DNA of 64,000 bases, taken from the NCBI GenBank assembly GCA_016928075.1, contig JAFGLJ010000029.1:4399-68398 (forward strand). The letters are read 5' to 3'. The DNA is from Bacteroidales bacterium. GTDB taxonomy: Bacteria > Bacteroidota > Bacteroidia > Bacteroidales > VadinHA17. The first letter of the stretch is position 1. Every line of letters begins with the position of its first letter. The translations under genes were made by a program, and so were the position numbers. Below are positions 30,402 to 41,252 of this stretch, one piece after another. Below the pieces are notes generated by a model. It searched no databases, had not been told where the DNA came from, and worked only from the letters and a program-made list of their open reading frames with translations.

Positions 30402-31217
30402 TTAGTTCCAGATATCGGCCACTTCAAGGTTAATATCACCTCCTTCAAAAAACATTCTGGCTATTTTCTCGAAGTAAGTCGTATAATCAGAGACAAAAAA
30501 TTTATCTTCTGTTTTTATTTCTCCTTTGTTGAGCAGTTTATTCTTCCCCAGCATCTCCTTAAGCTCCAGGGCCACGATCCTTGCTGAATCTACCACTTCA
30601 ATATCAAAATTATAGAACTTGCTTATCTGGTTCCTTATCAGCGGATAATGTGTACAACCCAGTACAAGTGCCTGTATACCTTCAAGTTTCTTATCGGAGA
30701 GATAGGTACGGATGATTGCATTTGATATGTCATCGAAAATAAATCCCTCTTCGATCATTGGTACGAGGAGGGGTGTAGCAAGAGATACAAGCTCGGTTCC
30801 GCGTGACTTCTCTTTGAAGCCCATCTCATAAGTGCCGCTGGTGATTGTTCTTTTAGTTCCTATCACACCGACCCGGGAATATTTTTTCGTGGCAACATAG
30901 TCGATTACGGGGCTTATCACATCAAGAAGCAGTACTTGTTCCCCGTATTCATTTTTCAGGACTGAATAGGCTGAGGCAGAAGCTGAGTTGCATGCTATAA
31001 GAATCAGTTTGGCGCCATGTCCGATCAGGAAATCAGTAATTTTACGGCTATAATTAATTATTGCCCCTTCTGATTTATCCCCGTAAGGCAGATGTGCAGT
31101 ATCGCCGAAATAAACCAGTGATTCATCAGGCATTATCTGCTTAATGGCATGTGCCACTGTCAGTCCCCCGACTCCGGAGTCGAATACACCAACAGGTTTA
31201 TTATTCAGGCTGTTCAT
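30402..31217 (-). CDS. murI: Glutamate racemase
   Basis: FDSGVGGLTV, PYGDKS, IACNSAS, LGCTHYP. Confidence 0.96.
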   Translation of the reverse strand: MNSLNNKPVGVFDSGVGGLTVAHAIKQIMPDESLVYFGDTAHLPYGDKSEGAIINYSRKITDFLIGHGAKLILIACNSASASAYSVLKNEYGEQVLLLDVISPVIDYVATKKYSRVGVIGTKRTITSGTYEMGFKEKSRGTELVSLATPLLVPMIEEGFIFDDISNAIIRTYLSDKKLEGIQALVLGCTHYPLIRNQISKFYNFDIEVVDSARIVALELKEMLGKNKLLNKGEIKTEDKFFVSDYTTYFEKIARMFFEGGDINLEVADIWN

Positions 31218-31221
31218 AATG

Positions 31222-31250
31222 AAAAAATGACCATCCGCCAGGGATGGTCA
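31222..31250 (-). terminator. Intrinsic terminator-like hairpin between skp and murI
   Basis: TGACCATCC-N5-GGATGGTCA then T6 on the minus strand. Confidence 0.7.
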
Positions 31251-31270
31251 CCTGTATTATTCAATCATAA

Positions 31271-31789
31271 TTATACTATGCCAAGTTTGGCTTTAACTTT
31301 TTCAAGTATATTTTCACTTTTTGTTTCGTCAAAGTATATGATCGGCCCTCGTGAAAGGTCAAAGATATAAGTAAAACCATCTTCCCTGGCCACATCTTTA
31401 ATAGCTTTTTCAGCTTTCTGTATGACAGGTTGCATAAGTTCCATTTGCTTGCTCTGAAGCTGCTGATCGGCATTCTGCTGAAAATTGGTTATTCTTTGTT
31501 GAAGGCCCAACAGTTCTTCCTCTTTTGTCTGGCGTACCAGATCCGAAAGTTTCTCAACCTGATTTGTATAATCATTTAGCTTATTATTGTATTCAACCTG
31601 CATTATCTCAAGTGTATTCTGCAGTTCTGTCCGCAGCGCTTCCATTTGGGAAATAATTGTATCCCTCTCCGGCATTATTGAGAATAGCTCATCAGAATTG
31701 ATATGTCCGAATTTAAAATTCTGGGCTGCTGCATTCTGACCAAATGCAAAAATCATCGCCAACGCCACTAGTCCAATTAGTCTTTTCAT
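31271..31789 (-). CDS. skp: OmpH/Skp chaperone
   Basis: KFGHINS, coiled coil, GFTYIFD; start at MKRLIGL. Confidence 0.9.
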   Translation of the reverse strand: MKRLIGLVALAMIFAFGQNAAAQNFKFGHINSDELFSIMPERDTIISQMEALRTELQNTLEIMQVEYNNKLNDYTNQVEKLSDLVRQTKEEELLGLQQRITNFQQNADQQLQSKQMELMQPVIQKAEKAIKDVAREDGFTYIFDLSRGPIIYFDETKSENILEKVKAKLGIV

Positions 31790-31835
31790 TATTATCTGTT
31801 TAAATATTTTAAATTTTCCCTGCAAATGTAATTAA

Positions 31836-32351
31836 TTAATTCTTATAACCTAATTTTTCAAGTACTTCATCACTAAGATCATACCTGGGGTCAGTATACA
31901 GCATATTCATTCCTGCGGAGGTATCGAATATAACAGCATAATTACCATCGGCTGCTATTTCTTTTACTGCATTATATATCTCGTCCTGTATAGGTTGTAT
32001 TAGTTCCTGTCGTTTATTAAACAGTTCACCTTCAACGCCAAAGTATTTATTCTGAAGTTCTTTAGCTTCCTGTTCATTGTTAATGATCTCCTCTTCACGT
32101 TTGATTTTTGCTTCACGCGAAAGCAGGACCACTTCATTCTGGTAGGTTTTATACATCTCTTCCACCAGATTATAAGCATCTGATATCTCCTTTTCCCATC
32201 CTTTTGAAAGCTCATCGAGTTTTTCCTGTGCAGCTTTATAAGATGGTATATTATTAAGGATATATTCTGTATCTACGAATGCATATTTCTGTGCAGCGGC
32301 TGTGCCCGCCAGAAATATCAAAGCTGTAAAAAGTAAAGTTATTTTTTTCAT
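31836..32351 (-). CDS. skp: OmpH/Skp chaperone
   Basis: KYAFVDTEYIL, LIQPIQDEI, YDLSDEVL. Confidence 0.9.
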   Translation of the reverse strand: MKKITLLFTALIFLAGTAAAQKYAFVDTEYILNNIPSYKAAQEKLDELSKGWEKEISDAYNLVEEMYKTYQNEVVLLSREAKIKREEEIINNEQEAKELQNKYFGVEGELFNKRQELIQPIQDEIYNAVKEIAADGNYAVIFDTSAGMNMLYTDPRYDLSDEVLEKLGYKN

Positions 32352-32370
32352 GATTAATAAATTTAATTTT

Positions 32371-34863
32371 CTAAAATTGTTGTCCCATTACAAAATGGAA
32401 TTGTGACCCAGCCACATCCCTTCCGGGTACAGGGTCAAAACCGTAAGCCCAGTCAATACCCAGCAGTCCAAACATAGGCAGGTTTGCCCTCAAGCCCACT
32501 CCTGCTGACCTGTGCATTTTGAAAGGGTTAAATTCTTTAAGTTCGTACCAGGCATTTCCTGCTTCCAGAAAGGTAAGGAGATAAATTGTAGCCTGTGGGT
32601 TCAGTGTAAGCGGATACCTTAATTCGAAAGTAAGTTTTGAATACACGTTCCCCACGTATACAGTTTTATTGTCTTTCACAATGGTCGGGGTGAGGCTTCC
32701 ATTTTCATACCCCCTCAACGCTATCACGTCACGTCCATAAAAGCTATAACCTGTCATACCATCTCCTCCCAGGTAAAAATTTTCGAAAGGTGAAGGTCCG
32801 ATATCCTTATTATAAAAGCCCAGGTATCCGAATGATACTCTTGTGTTTAGGACAAACTTGTCAAACAGTTCATAATAATAATCTCCTTTGAAAAGCCATT
32901 TATGGAATTCAATCCACCTGTATTTTTCCTGGTCGGTGGCATCTGAATAATCTTTTCCTGTGAATAATGAATAAGGAGGGGTAAGCTGCAATGAAAGGCT
33001 GAACGAGGAGCCCCTGCGTGGATAAATAAGGCTTGGTCCACTTGAGAATCTCGTTATTCTTGTGGTCAAAGACAGCATGTTGGCTTCGCCGTTTCTGAAA
33101 AGAAAGTTATAATAAGAATAATTATTAAGGCTGTATCTCTGGTAGCCCAGTTCTGCATAAAGGCTGAAGAAATCATCCGGCCATTCCAGGCGTTTCCCGA
33201 TACCTGTTGTCACACCGTCGATAATCATCGACTGACGGCTTTCAGTCCCCTTTCTGTCACCATTGGTCATAACGGAACGATAGGCTGAAACGGAGAATGT
33301 ATTTGGCTTTTTACCACCCAGCCATGGTTCCACAAATGAAACATTATATGACTGGTATACGCGTCCGTTTGATTGTGCCCTGATACTCAAAGATTGTCCG
33401 TCACCACTGGGATATGGTCTCCACTCTGAAAGTTTGAAGAAATTCTTCATGGCAAAATTATTGAACCTCACCCCCACAGTTCCCACCAGCATTCCTGCTC
33501 CCCAGCCTCCTGATATTTCAAACTGGTCATTTGCTCTTTCTTCAAGCGCATATTCAAGGTCGACATTCCCTTCCGCCGGATTCATAATAGGTCGGGGGTT
33601 TATCTTTTCCGGGTCGAAATGACCGAGCACAGCCACCTGACGTGCCGACTTCATAATTGCATCTTTACTGAAAAGGTCTCCGGGCAGGGTATATAGCTCA
33701 CGCCTGACAACATGTTCATTGGTACGGTTATTGCCTTTTACGATAACCTTGTTAAGGGTTGCCTGTTCACCTTCCTGTATCCTTATTTCCAAATCGATAG
33801 AATCATTCTGGATATCGGTCTCAACGGGTACCAGGTTTGAGAAAAGGTAGCCGGTATTCAGGTAAAGTGAGGATACAGCATCTTCATCATAGTTCAGTCT
33901 TTCGTTAAGCAGTGTCTGGTTATATACATCACCCTCGTTAATATTGAGGACTGCTGAAAGCAATTCCTTAGGGTATATACTATTCCCCACCCAGTCGATA
34001 TCACCGAAATAGTACTGACCGCCTTCTTCCACCATGAGAGCCATCACCACCCTGTCTTCAGACATATCCATAATAGTATCATTGAGTATCCTGAAATCGC
34101 GGTACCCGTTTTCATTATAGAAAGTGACAAGGCTTTCCTTATCCTCTTCAAACAGATCTTCCACGTATTTTGAAGCCTTGAAAATATTAAGATTCTTCTT
34201 TTTCGTATTTTTCATAACCCTTCTGAGTCTCTTGTCAGAGAATGCCTCATTACCCTCGATGACTATATCGCTAATCTTGACCCTGTCATTTTTATCAATA
34301 TGCACATTAAGTTTGATGCTATTGGGGTTTACCGGGTCGTCTTTCTGGATTATTCTCACTTCGGTGTTCAGAAATCCTTTTTCAACAAAATGATCCCTTA
34401 TAATTGTTATGGCGTTTGATAATATATGGTCGGTAACCTGACTTCCGCTTATCAGGTTAACCTTTTCAATGATATCTTGTATTTCGTTCTGTTTAACCCC
34501 AAAGTATTCGACAGAAGATATACGTGATCTTTCTCCCAGGTATATATTAAGAAATATTGTATCGGATCTGATATCGGTTGCGGTGATTTTAACTTCAGAG
34601 AACAGGCCCTGGCTCCATAATTTCTGGACGGCCTGTGTAATTACTTCACCCGGCACCAGTATCCTTGAATATTTTCTTATTCCTGACAATCCTACTATTG
34701 CGTTTATGTCAAGATATTTAACACCCGACACAGTTATGTCTCCTACCACATATTCAGCAGGATCCATATAGTCCATTATCCTGGCATCTTCCTGTGCCCT
34801 TATTTTTAATGGTGAGAAAAATAATATTATTGCTGTCAGAAGTATTGAAAATTTTACAAACAT
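32371..34863 (-). CDS. bamA: Outer-membrane assembly factor BamA
   Basis: POTRA repeats, LRGYEN, C-terminal F; start at MFVKF. Confidence 0.95.
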   Translation of the reverse strand: MFVKFSILLTAIILFFSPLKIRAQEDARIMDYMDPAEYVVGDITVSGVKYLDINAIVGLSGIRKYSRILVPGEVITQAVQKLWSQGLFSEVKITATDIRSDTIFLNIYLGERSRISSVEYFGVKQNEIQDIIEKVNLISGSQVTDHILSNAITIIRDHFVEKGFLNTEVRIIQKDDPVNPNSIKLNVHIDKNDRVKISDIVIEGNEAFSDKRLRRVMKNTKKKNLNIFKASKYVEDLFEEDKESLVTFYNENGYRDFRILNDTIMDMSEDRVVMALMVEEGGQYYFGDIDWVGNSIYPKELLSAVLNINEGDVYNQTLLNERLNYDEDAVSSLYLNTGYLFSNLVPVETDIQNDSIDLEIRIQEGEQATLNKVIVKGNNRTNEHVVRRELYTLPGDLFSKDAIMKSARQVAVLGHFDPEKINPRPIMNPAEGNVDLEYALEERANDQFEISGGWGAGMLVGTVGVRFNNFAMKNFFKLSEWRPYPSGDGQSLSIRAQSNGRVYQSYNVSFVEPWLGGKKPNTFSVSAYRSVMTNGDRKGTESRQSMIIDGVTTGIGKRLEWPDDFFSLYAELGYQRYSLNNYSYYNFLFRNGEANMLSLTTRITRFSSGPSLIYPRRGSSFSLSLQLTPPYSLFTGKDYSDATDQEKYRWIEFHKWLFKGDYYYELFDKFVLNTRVSFGYLGFYNKDIGPSPFENFYLGGDGMTGYSFYGRDVIALRGYENGSLTPTIVKDNKTVYVGNVYSKLTFELRYPLTLNPQATIYLLTFLEAGNAWYELKEFNPFKMHRSAGVGLRANLPMFGLLGIDWAYGFDPVPGRDVAGSQFHFVMGQQF

Positions 34864-34864
34864 G

Positions 34865-35617
34865 TCAATTCTCTTTTTCATGCACCTGTTCACTTGTTTT
34901 TCCAAATCTTCTCTCTCTTTTCTGATACTCAATTAATGCCTTATATAATTCTTCTTTACCAAAATCAGGCCAAAGTGTTTCAGTAAAGTATAATTCGCTG
35001 TATGCAATCTGCCATAGCAGGAAATTGCTTATGCGCAGTTCACCACTGGTTCTGATAAGCAATTCGGGGTCAGGTATATCCCTGGTAGTAAGGTAATTCT
35101 CAAATATCTTATCATCAATATTACCCGGATCTATTTTACCTTCTTTTATTTTATAGGATATATCCCGTACAGCTTTCACCATTTCCCACCGCGAGCTGTA
35201 ACTAAGTGCAACAATCAGGGTCATTCCACTGCACTTTGAAGTTCGTTCGAGGGTGTAATCCAGGCTTTCTCTGACTTCAGCTGAGAGTCTGTCAATATCA
35301 CCTATAACTTTAAGTATGATATTATTATCGACAAGTTTTTTTGTTTCATTATTTAATGAATTGACCATCAATTCCATGAGCGCCTCCACTTCTTCCCATG
35401 GCCGGTTCCAGTTTTCAGTTGAGAAAGCATACAGGGTAAGGTATCTTATGCCCAGTTCAGCTGCTCTTTCAATAATCTCCCTGACTGCGTCAACTCCTTT
35501 TTTATGGCCGTAGTTACGATCCTTGCCTCTCTGCATAGCCCATCGGCCATTACCATCCATTATAATGGCAACATGTTTTGGCAAGCGCTTTAAGTTTATA
35601 CTCTCTTTCAGGGACAT
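34865..35617 (-). CDS. uppS: Undecaprenyl diphosphate synthase
   Basis: [35 protein letters not shown]. Confidence 0.96.
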   Translation of the reverse strand: MSLKESINLKRLPKHVAIIMDGNGRWAMQRGKDRNYGHKKGVDAVREIIERAAELGIRYLTLYAFSTENWNRPWEEVEALMELMVNSLNNETKKLVDNNIILKVIGDIDRLSAEVRESLDYTLERTSKCSGMTLIVALSYSSRWEMVKAVRDISYKIKEGKIDPGNIDDKIFENYLTTRDIPDPELLIRTSGELRISNFLLWQIAYSELYFTETLWPDFGKEELYKALIEYQKRERRFGKTSEQVHEKEN

Positions 35618-36303
35618 TATCTGCGTTTTCTTTTTTTATCATCCCAATAATCATCATAAGCGGGGCAGCTTTGCAGGTTATGGAACATTTTCCATGTAAA
35701 GGTCACACCTGTAAACATATACCAATCATTATTATGAGTCCAAGAATGATGATCATCATAAATATTATCAGTTAAGCCGTCAAAGTTATCATAAAATGTT
35801 TTACGAGCGCCATATTCAAGCTCTAATCCTAAATTTTTATAGATATTTACTTTGACTCCAACCGTGAAGGGGATAACAGGAGTAATTTTCATGTCCTCAC
35901 CAGTTGTTAAGCACAATCCTCCTCCCAGTGCAAAATAAGGTGAATAATCCCACCATTTACCTGTTGTTGTATAAGGTAAAAAATTGAATTCGAATTGAAC
36001 AGCCCACTCCAGGACTGAGGATTTAAATGATTCAGCCCGGGTTTGCTGATAATTATTATTGAAATCGAGGTCATTTGCCCTGAGTTGACCGTAGAAAATA
36101 TTTGTTCTTAAGGCATGCCTGGGATGGAAATTGTATCGATATATAATTCCCAGGGCAGGAGATGATCCATAAAAGAACCTCTCAGGGTTAATATCGCCCA
36201 TATAATAAGAAATACCCCCGAAAACGCCATAATCTGAATTTCTTTGAGCGTTCAGAGGGATAATAAAAACAAATAGAAAAACAATCCCTAAGTACCTCTT
36301 CAT
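35617..36303 (-). CDS. DUF6089 / PorG-like beta-barrel
   Basis: [23 protein letters not shown]; conserved position upstream of uppS. Confidence 0.75.
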   Translation of the reverse strand: MKRYLGIVFLFVFIIPLNAQRNSDYGVFGGISYYMGDINPERFFYGSSPALGIIYRYNFHPRHALRTNIFYGQLRANDLDFNNNYQQTRAESFKSSVLEWAVQFEFNFLPYTTTGKWWDYSPYFALGGGLCLTTGEDMKITPVIPFTVGVKVNIYKNLGLELEYGARKTFYDNFDGLTDNIYDDHHSWTHNNDWYMFTGVTFTWKMFHNLQSCPAYDDYWDDKKRKRR

Positions 36304-36325
36304 TTAAAACAATATTCCGTATTTA

Positions 36326-37072
36326 TTACTTTCTAAAAGTCGGTAATCCTTTCTCCGATGTTTTCAGTTTATGAGTATAAACGAAGGTCATAAAGTAATA
36401 AACGTCATTTCGTCTTGAATATTGCGAGGTATATCCGTCAATATAATCTGATGTTGTATATCTTAAACCAAAATCAAAACCGATGAGGGAATTAGGTGAA
36501 AACACATAGTTAAATCCCAGGCCTACCGGTATGGCAAGTGCCACTCCCGAGGTTGTCATGTCGCGGTCTTCGAGTGCATCATTCGGTCTCACATTAAAGA
36601 AAGTGGGGCCCAATCCCGTATATATACATCCATCGAGCCTGGCAATTAATGAGGTTATAACCCTTTCGCCCTTTATAAACCTGTAGCTACTCTCAGCGTT
36701 GTTTTTCAGGAAATAGTATTCACCCTTGATTATGGATTCAAATAATGATGTTGAGGATTCATAGCCCCTTGACTCGTTACTTCCCTTAATATCTGAAGCA
36801 TGCATATAGCCATAGTTCAGGTCGAAAGCAATTCCCACTCTTTCCACAATCCTGTAGCGCATCCCTGCCTTAATATTAAAACGCGTCTGGTTAATCATCA
36901 GATCTTTGAATCCCCAGGCATTTTCACCGATGCTGAAGCCGCCAATATCTCCAAAAACCTGTGCGGTACCAATTCCGCCGTAAATTTCGTATCGCCGCAG
37001 TTTCCATAGCTGTCCGCTGGCAACCGGGTATAAGAAAGCGAATAAAAAAAGAATCAGGAAAACCCTTTTCAT
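36326..37072 (-). CDS. Second DUF6089-like beta-barrel
   Basis: FGDIGG, RYTTSDYIDG, NDVYYF. Confidence 0.7.
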   Translation of the reverse strand: MKRVFLILFLFAFLYPVASGQLWKLRRYEIYGGIGTAQVFGDIGGFSIGENAWGFKDLMINQTRFNIKAGMRYRIVERVGIAFDLNYGYMHASDIKGSNESRGYESSTSLFESIIKGEYYFLKNNAESSYRFIKGERVITSLIARLDGCIYTGLGPTFFNVRPNDALEDRDMTTSGVALAIPVGLGFNYVFSPNSLIGFDFGLRYTTSDYIDGYTSQYSRRNDVYYFMTFVYTHKLKTSEKGLPTFRK

Positions 37073-37152
37073 AGTATTGTGCATAAGTTATTGCTTATAC
37101 AAATATAATAATCGAAAAATAACAATCCTAAAAGAATGTATGAAAATGACAT

Positions 37153-38016
37153 TCAATTTCTCCTATCGGCCCCCCACATCAACTTATTACGTAGTGTGCT
37201 GAAAAAATCCTGGCCTTCCACATTTATTGTTTTTATAGTATAATCAGCCTTTGATATAACCAGTTCCTTGAAGAAAGGCAAACGCACCGATCTGAAATCA
37301 CAGGTTACAAGGTATTCAGCACTTCTGCCCTCAACTTTCATTCGAAGCCTGCTGGTACCCGGAAGAACTATTGGCCTTACACTGAGTGTATGCGGGGACA
37401 AAGGTGAAATAATTATGCTTTCATCAGCGGGTGACAGGATTGGGCCGCCGGTGCTCATATTATATGCAGTTGATCCGGTGGCAGTTGATATTATCAATCC
37501 ATCTGCCCAGTAGGTATTCAGGTAAAGATCATCCACGAATACATTTACCCTGATCATATTCAGATCGGCTTTCTGTATAGTGATATCATTAAGTGCCACA
37601 TTTGAGGAGCCCAGAATACCGAAGGGTTCAGTTAGTTCTATCAGATGACGGTCTATAATTGTATATTCACTTCTGACGATTTTTTCAAGAGATCCGGTTA
37701 TATCATCATGTATATTAGCGAGAAAACCCATTCTTCCAGCATTTACACCCGCAATTGGAATCCCCGAATCTTTAACCTGCAGGACAGTTTCAAGGAATGT
37801 GCCGTCACCTCCAACACTGAGAACAAGATCGGGTATAATATTCTCTTTATAAAGGTTCCTGAATAGCCCGTATGAAGCTATATCAACAATTTTTGCAAGA
37901 TTTTCATGCAGCAGAATATTCAGATTATGTGGTTTCAGAACCGACAGGATATTAATCAAACAATTGGTTGTGTTTTTACCATTGTCAGACCCGAAAATTG
38001 CTATTTCCTTGAGCAT
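37153..38016 (-). CDS. nadK: NAD kinase
   Basis: GGDGTFL, GRMGFL, DGLIISTATGSTAY. Confidence 0.95.
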   Translation of the reverse strand: MLKEIAIFGSDNGKNTTNCLINILSVLKPHNLNILLHENLAKIVDIASYGLFRNLYKENIIPDLVLSVGGDGTFLETVLQVKDSGIPIAGVNAGRMGFLANIHDDITGSLEKIVRSEYTIIDRHLIELTEPFGILGSSNVALNDITIQKADLNMIRVNVFVDDLYLNTYWADGLIISTATGSTAYNMSTGGPILSPADESIIISPLSPHTLSVRPIVLPGTSRLRMKVEGRSAEYLVTCDFRSVRLPFFKELVISKADYTIKTINVEGQDFFSTLRNKLMWGADRRN

Positions 38017-38029
38017 AAATAATCATTTT

Positions 38030-38695
38030 TTAAATATCCAGGTAACGCATAAAAGAGTCGAAGCGGTCAGAATAGAAACTATCCATATCATCATGTTCAC
38101 CATGCCATGCCGTGACTTCGTACTTAAAACGCTCAAATGTCTTGATGATGGGCATCAGGTTATTGGTATTCAGCTTAATAGTTACCTCCATCCTGGTGGA
38201 ATCAGGATGAGATGATATATAAAGGTTCAGTATTTTCGCATCATTACTTTCAATTATCTGGGCAATCTGTGAGAGGGAATAATCATTCTGCAAAATATCC
38301 AGTACTATCAGCCCTCCCGGTTCTTTTATTGATGACATTTTTGCCAGCTCGTCAATAAGATCACTTGCCATAATCACGCCTTTGTAATGGTTATGATCAT
38401 CCAGCACGGGCACAACAGATAGTTTCAGCCTTGCCGCCAGGCTTATTACATCAAATATATGCTGATCGAGTCTTACATAGGGTTTTATCAATGACAATTT
38501 ATGGTTCCCAATAGGTTGCTCCGGATCATTCAAGTCATAAATATCGGTATCTGAAATAAGCCCAAGGAATTCAAGATTATTTACTATGGGTAAGTGCGAT
38601 ATGCGGTAAACCTCCATCCAGTTTAGAGCCTTCTGACCTGTATCAGAGGTTCTTAGTGCAGATACCACTTCAGATATAAGTTCTTTTGCTAACAC
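38030..38695 (-). CDS. CBS-domain protein
   Basis: ISHLPIV, VVPVLD pairs; DYSLSQIAQIIESN. Confidence 0.85.
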   Translation of the reverse strand: MLAKELISEVVSALRTSDTGQKALNWMEVYRISHLPIVNNLEFLGLISDTDIYDLNDPEQPIGNHKLSLIKPYVRLDQHIFDVISLAARLKLSVVPVLDDHNHYKGVIMASDLIDELAKMSSIKEPGGLIVLDILQNDYSLSQIAQIIESNDAKILNLYISSHPDSTRMEVTIKLNTNNLMPIIKTFERFKYEVTAWHGEHDDMDSFYSDRFDSFMRYLDI

Positions 38696-38808
38696 CGTTA
38701 TCCCTAGTTATTATGAATATTAATATAACACATCTAAAATACGGAAAAAAATACTTATTGTTGTTTAATTCATTTCTTATATGAAAATTTGTATAAACAG
38801 AAAGAATT

Positions 38809-39525
38809 ATGACAAGACTTAGTGTTAACATCAATAAAATAGCCACCATAAGAAATGCCAGGGGGGGCAATATTCCTGATGTACATAAGGCAGCGATAGA
38901 ATGTGAAAGGTACGGGGCAGATGGAATAACCGTGCATCCCCGTCCTGACGAACGGCACATAACCTATGAAGATGTAAGGATTATAAGACCTGATATTAAG
39001 ACTGAATTCAATATAGAAGGATATCCGTCAGATAAATTTATCAGCCTTGTTTGCGAGGTAAAACCCCACCAGGTAACCCTCGTTCCAGATCCGCCTGATG
39101 TTCTGACATCAAATGCCGGATGGGATACTGTCAGGCATGCCAGTTTCCTGAAAAATATCATAGATATTTTCAAAGGACATGGTATTCGCACTTCAATATT
39201 TATCGACACTGATATTGCCAAAATAGAAGCCGCAATCAAGACAGGATGCGACAGGCTTGAGCTTTATACCGAGCCATACGCCTCGGGGTTCCAATCCGAT
39301 CCTGAAAAAGCCATCGGGCCTTTTATCAGGGCTGCTGAAGCAGCAAGGGACCTGGGGCTTGATCTTAATGCAGGTCATGACCTCAACCTGGATAACCTTA
39401 AATACTTCTCAAAGAATATACCATGGCTCAAGGAAGTTTCAATAGGACATGCACTGATATCTGATGCCCTCTATTATGGCCTTCAAAACACAATAGGTAT
39501 GTATAAAAGACTGCTGGTAAAATAA
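38809..39525 (+). CDS. pdxJ: Pyridoxine 5'-phosphate synthase
   Basis: [39 protein letters not shown]. Confidence 0.96.
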   Translation: MTRLSVNINKIATIRNARGGNIPDVHKAAIECERYGADGITVHPRPDERHITYEDVRIIRPDIKTEFNIEGYPSDKFISLVCEVKPHQVTLVPDPPDVLTSNAGWDTVRHASFLKNIIDIFKGHGIRTSIFIDTDIAKIEAAIKTGCDRLELYTEPYASGFQSDPEKAIGPFIRAAEAARDLGLDLNAGHDLNLDNLKYFSKNIPWLKEVSIGHALISDALYYGLQNTIGMYKRLLVK

Positions 39526-39545
39526 TAAAATCACGGTATCACGCA

Positions 39546-40349
39546 ATGGAATTGTTTTACCGCGAATACGGCGCTGGCTTCCCCTTTGTAATACTGCATG
39601 GATTATATGGATCATCCGACAACTGGGTTTCAATAGCCAAGGCTTTATCAGACACATACAGGATTATTTTGCCTGATCTGCGGAATCATGGCAATTCACC
39701 TCATAACCAGATTCATACATATACATCAATGAGTGAAGACATTTTTGAACTGGTAAACAAGCTTGAAATAAGCAAATTTGTACTGGTAGGGCACAGCATG
39801 GGCGGTAAAGCAGCTTCTTTTTTCGCCAGGCAATGGCCTGAGATGCTTGCAGGTCTAGTAATTATAGATATATCTCCCTTCAGAACAGGACCTGAACACA
39901 TTGCGTCTGACACTATGCACGCCCGTATACTCGAAAAGATGAGTGAAACCGATCCCTCACTATTTGAAAACCGGGAAGATGCCGATAAAATTTTCAGGGA
40001 GATAACTTCCTCCGGGAAAGTAAGGAATTTCTTATTAAAGAACCTGCAGAGAAATAATAAGGATATCTTTGAGTGGAAGCTTAACCCGCGTAATCTTTAT
40101 GATAACCTGGAAAATATATTCGACGGATTTGAGATACCCGGTCATGGTGAAGTTGAACATGTGTATGGTTACCCCGTATTTTTTCTCAGAGCACTTAATT
40201 CCGATTATTTAAGTGAAAGCGATTATGGCCCCATACAGAAGCTTTTCCCTGCGGCTGAAATAATCGAGGTGCCCGATACCGGTCACTGGATGCATGCTGA
40301 GAAACCTGAACTGATAATTAAGCTCCTCAGGGATAATTTCCCTGTTTAA
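39546..40349 (+). CDS. Alpha/beta hydrolase (YbfF-like esterase)
   Basis: HGLYGSSDNW, DLRNHG, GHSMGG, GHWMHAE. Confidence 0.9.
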   Translation: MELFYREYGAGFPFVILHGLYGSSDNWVSIAKALSDTYRIILPDLRNHGNSPHNQIHTYTSMSEDIFELVNKLEISKFVLVGHSMGGKAASFFARQWPEMLAGLVIIDISPFRTGPEHIASDTMHARILEKMSETDPSLFENREDADKIFREITSSGKVRNFLLKNLQRNNKDIFEWKLNPRNLYDNLENIFDGFEIPGHGEVEHVYGYPVFFLRALNSDYLSESDYGPIQKLFPAAEIIEVPDTGHWMHAEKPELIIKLLRDNFPV

Positions 40350-41083
40350 TCAATAAAACGTGTAACAGATTCTATCCTTTCCAGGGGAATAATATTATTA
40401 TTCCTGAATTTCAGGAAAACCTGGACAAGAGCGATAACATCTTTTTCACAATATTTTGCTATTCGAGGAAGATCATTTTCTTTCCAGTATATATCAGCTA
40501 CCATTGATCCATCAATATCATCTTTAGGCGTGGGAATGTTAAAAAGGCCCGCGAGAAGCTCAAGTGAGGTATAGCTTTTATAATCACCAAATTTCCATAG
40601 TTCCATTGTATCCAGCAGGTTTATCTCCCATGGTTTTTCCCCGGCATTGTCAAGCACAGCCGGAATCTTCAAACCATTAATTACCATACGCCGCGCTATA
40701 TAGGGATAATCAAATTCTTTCCCATTATGAGCACATAATAATGCTTCTTTATTTGCACTGAAGTTATTGAGCATAACTGAAAAATCTTCCAGTAACTGTT
40801 TCTCATTATCGCTGAAAAATGATTTAAGCCTTAAAGACATATTATTATCATGGCCGGTAATAAAGCCAGCTGAGATGCATATTATTTTGCCGAATTCAGC
40901 ATAAATACCTGCCCGTTCAAAAACATCAGCAGCATTTTGTTCCTCCGATCGGAAATGTGAGGATTTCTTATCCCACAGAACCTGGAATTCAGGGCTCAGT
41001 TCATCAAAGGAACCCACAACAGGAGCTGTTTCTATATCAAGAAATAAGATGCGTGAAGGATTGATATCGTTAAGTAATTTCAT
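40346..41083 (-). CDS. PolB-like 3'-5' exonuclease
   Basis: FLDIET, HNGKEFD, YCEKDV. Confidence 0.88.
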   Translation of the reverse strand: MKLLNDINPSRILFLDIETAPVVGSFDELSPEFQVLWDKKSSHFRSEEQNAADVFERAGIYAEFGKIICISAGFITGHDNNMSLRLKSFFSDNEKQLLEDFSVMLNNFSANKEALLCAHNGKEFDYPYIARRMVINGLKIPAVLDNAGEKPWEINLLDTMELWKFGDYKSYTSLELLAGLFNIPTPKDDIDGSMVADIYWKENDLPRIAKYCEKDVIALVQVFLKFRNNNIIPLERIESVTRFID

Positions 41084-41163
41084 AAGTTATAGAATTATAT
41101 CAAGCTAAGGCTAAGGTATATAAAATTGGTTAAAGATGCCATTATATTGACCGGTGGAGCCGG

Positions 41164-41217
41164 GTGCGGATCTTCCTCCTACGCTCTTCGAGCTTCGGAG
41201 GGCAGAGGGAGACGCAC
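41164..41217. repeat. REP-like nested GC-rich hairpin
   Basis: GTGCG..CCTCC..GCTC-TTC-GAGC..GGAGG..CGCAC in an AT-rich spacer. Confidence 0.5.
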
Positions 41218-41252
41218 ATCATCGAGTAATACTCAGCCTCAGCCTTTGTCTC

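Noticed and set aside
31271-37072. Duplicated skp and DUF6089 genes as a novelty
   Set aside because: Common arrangement in the Bacteroidota bamA operon
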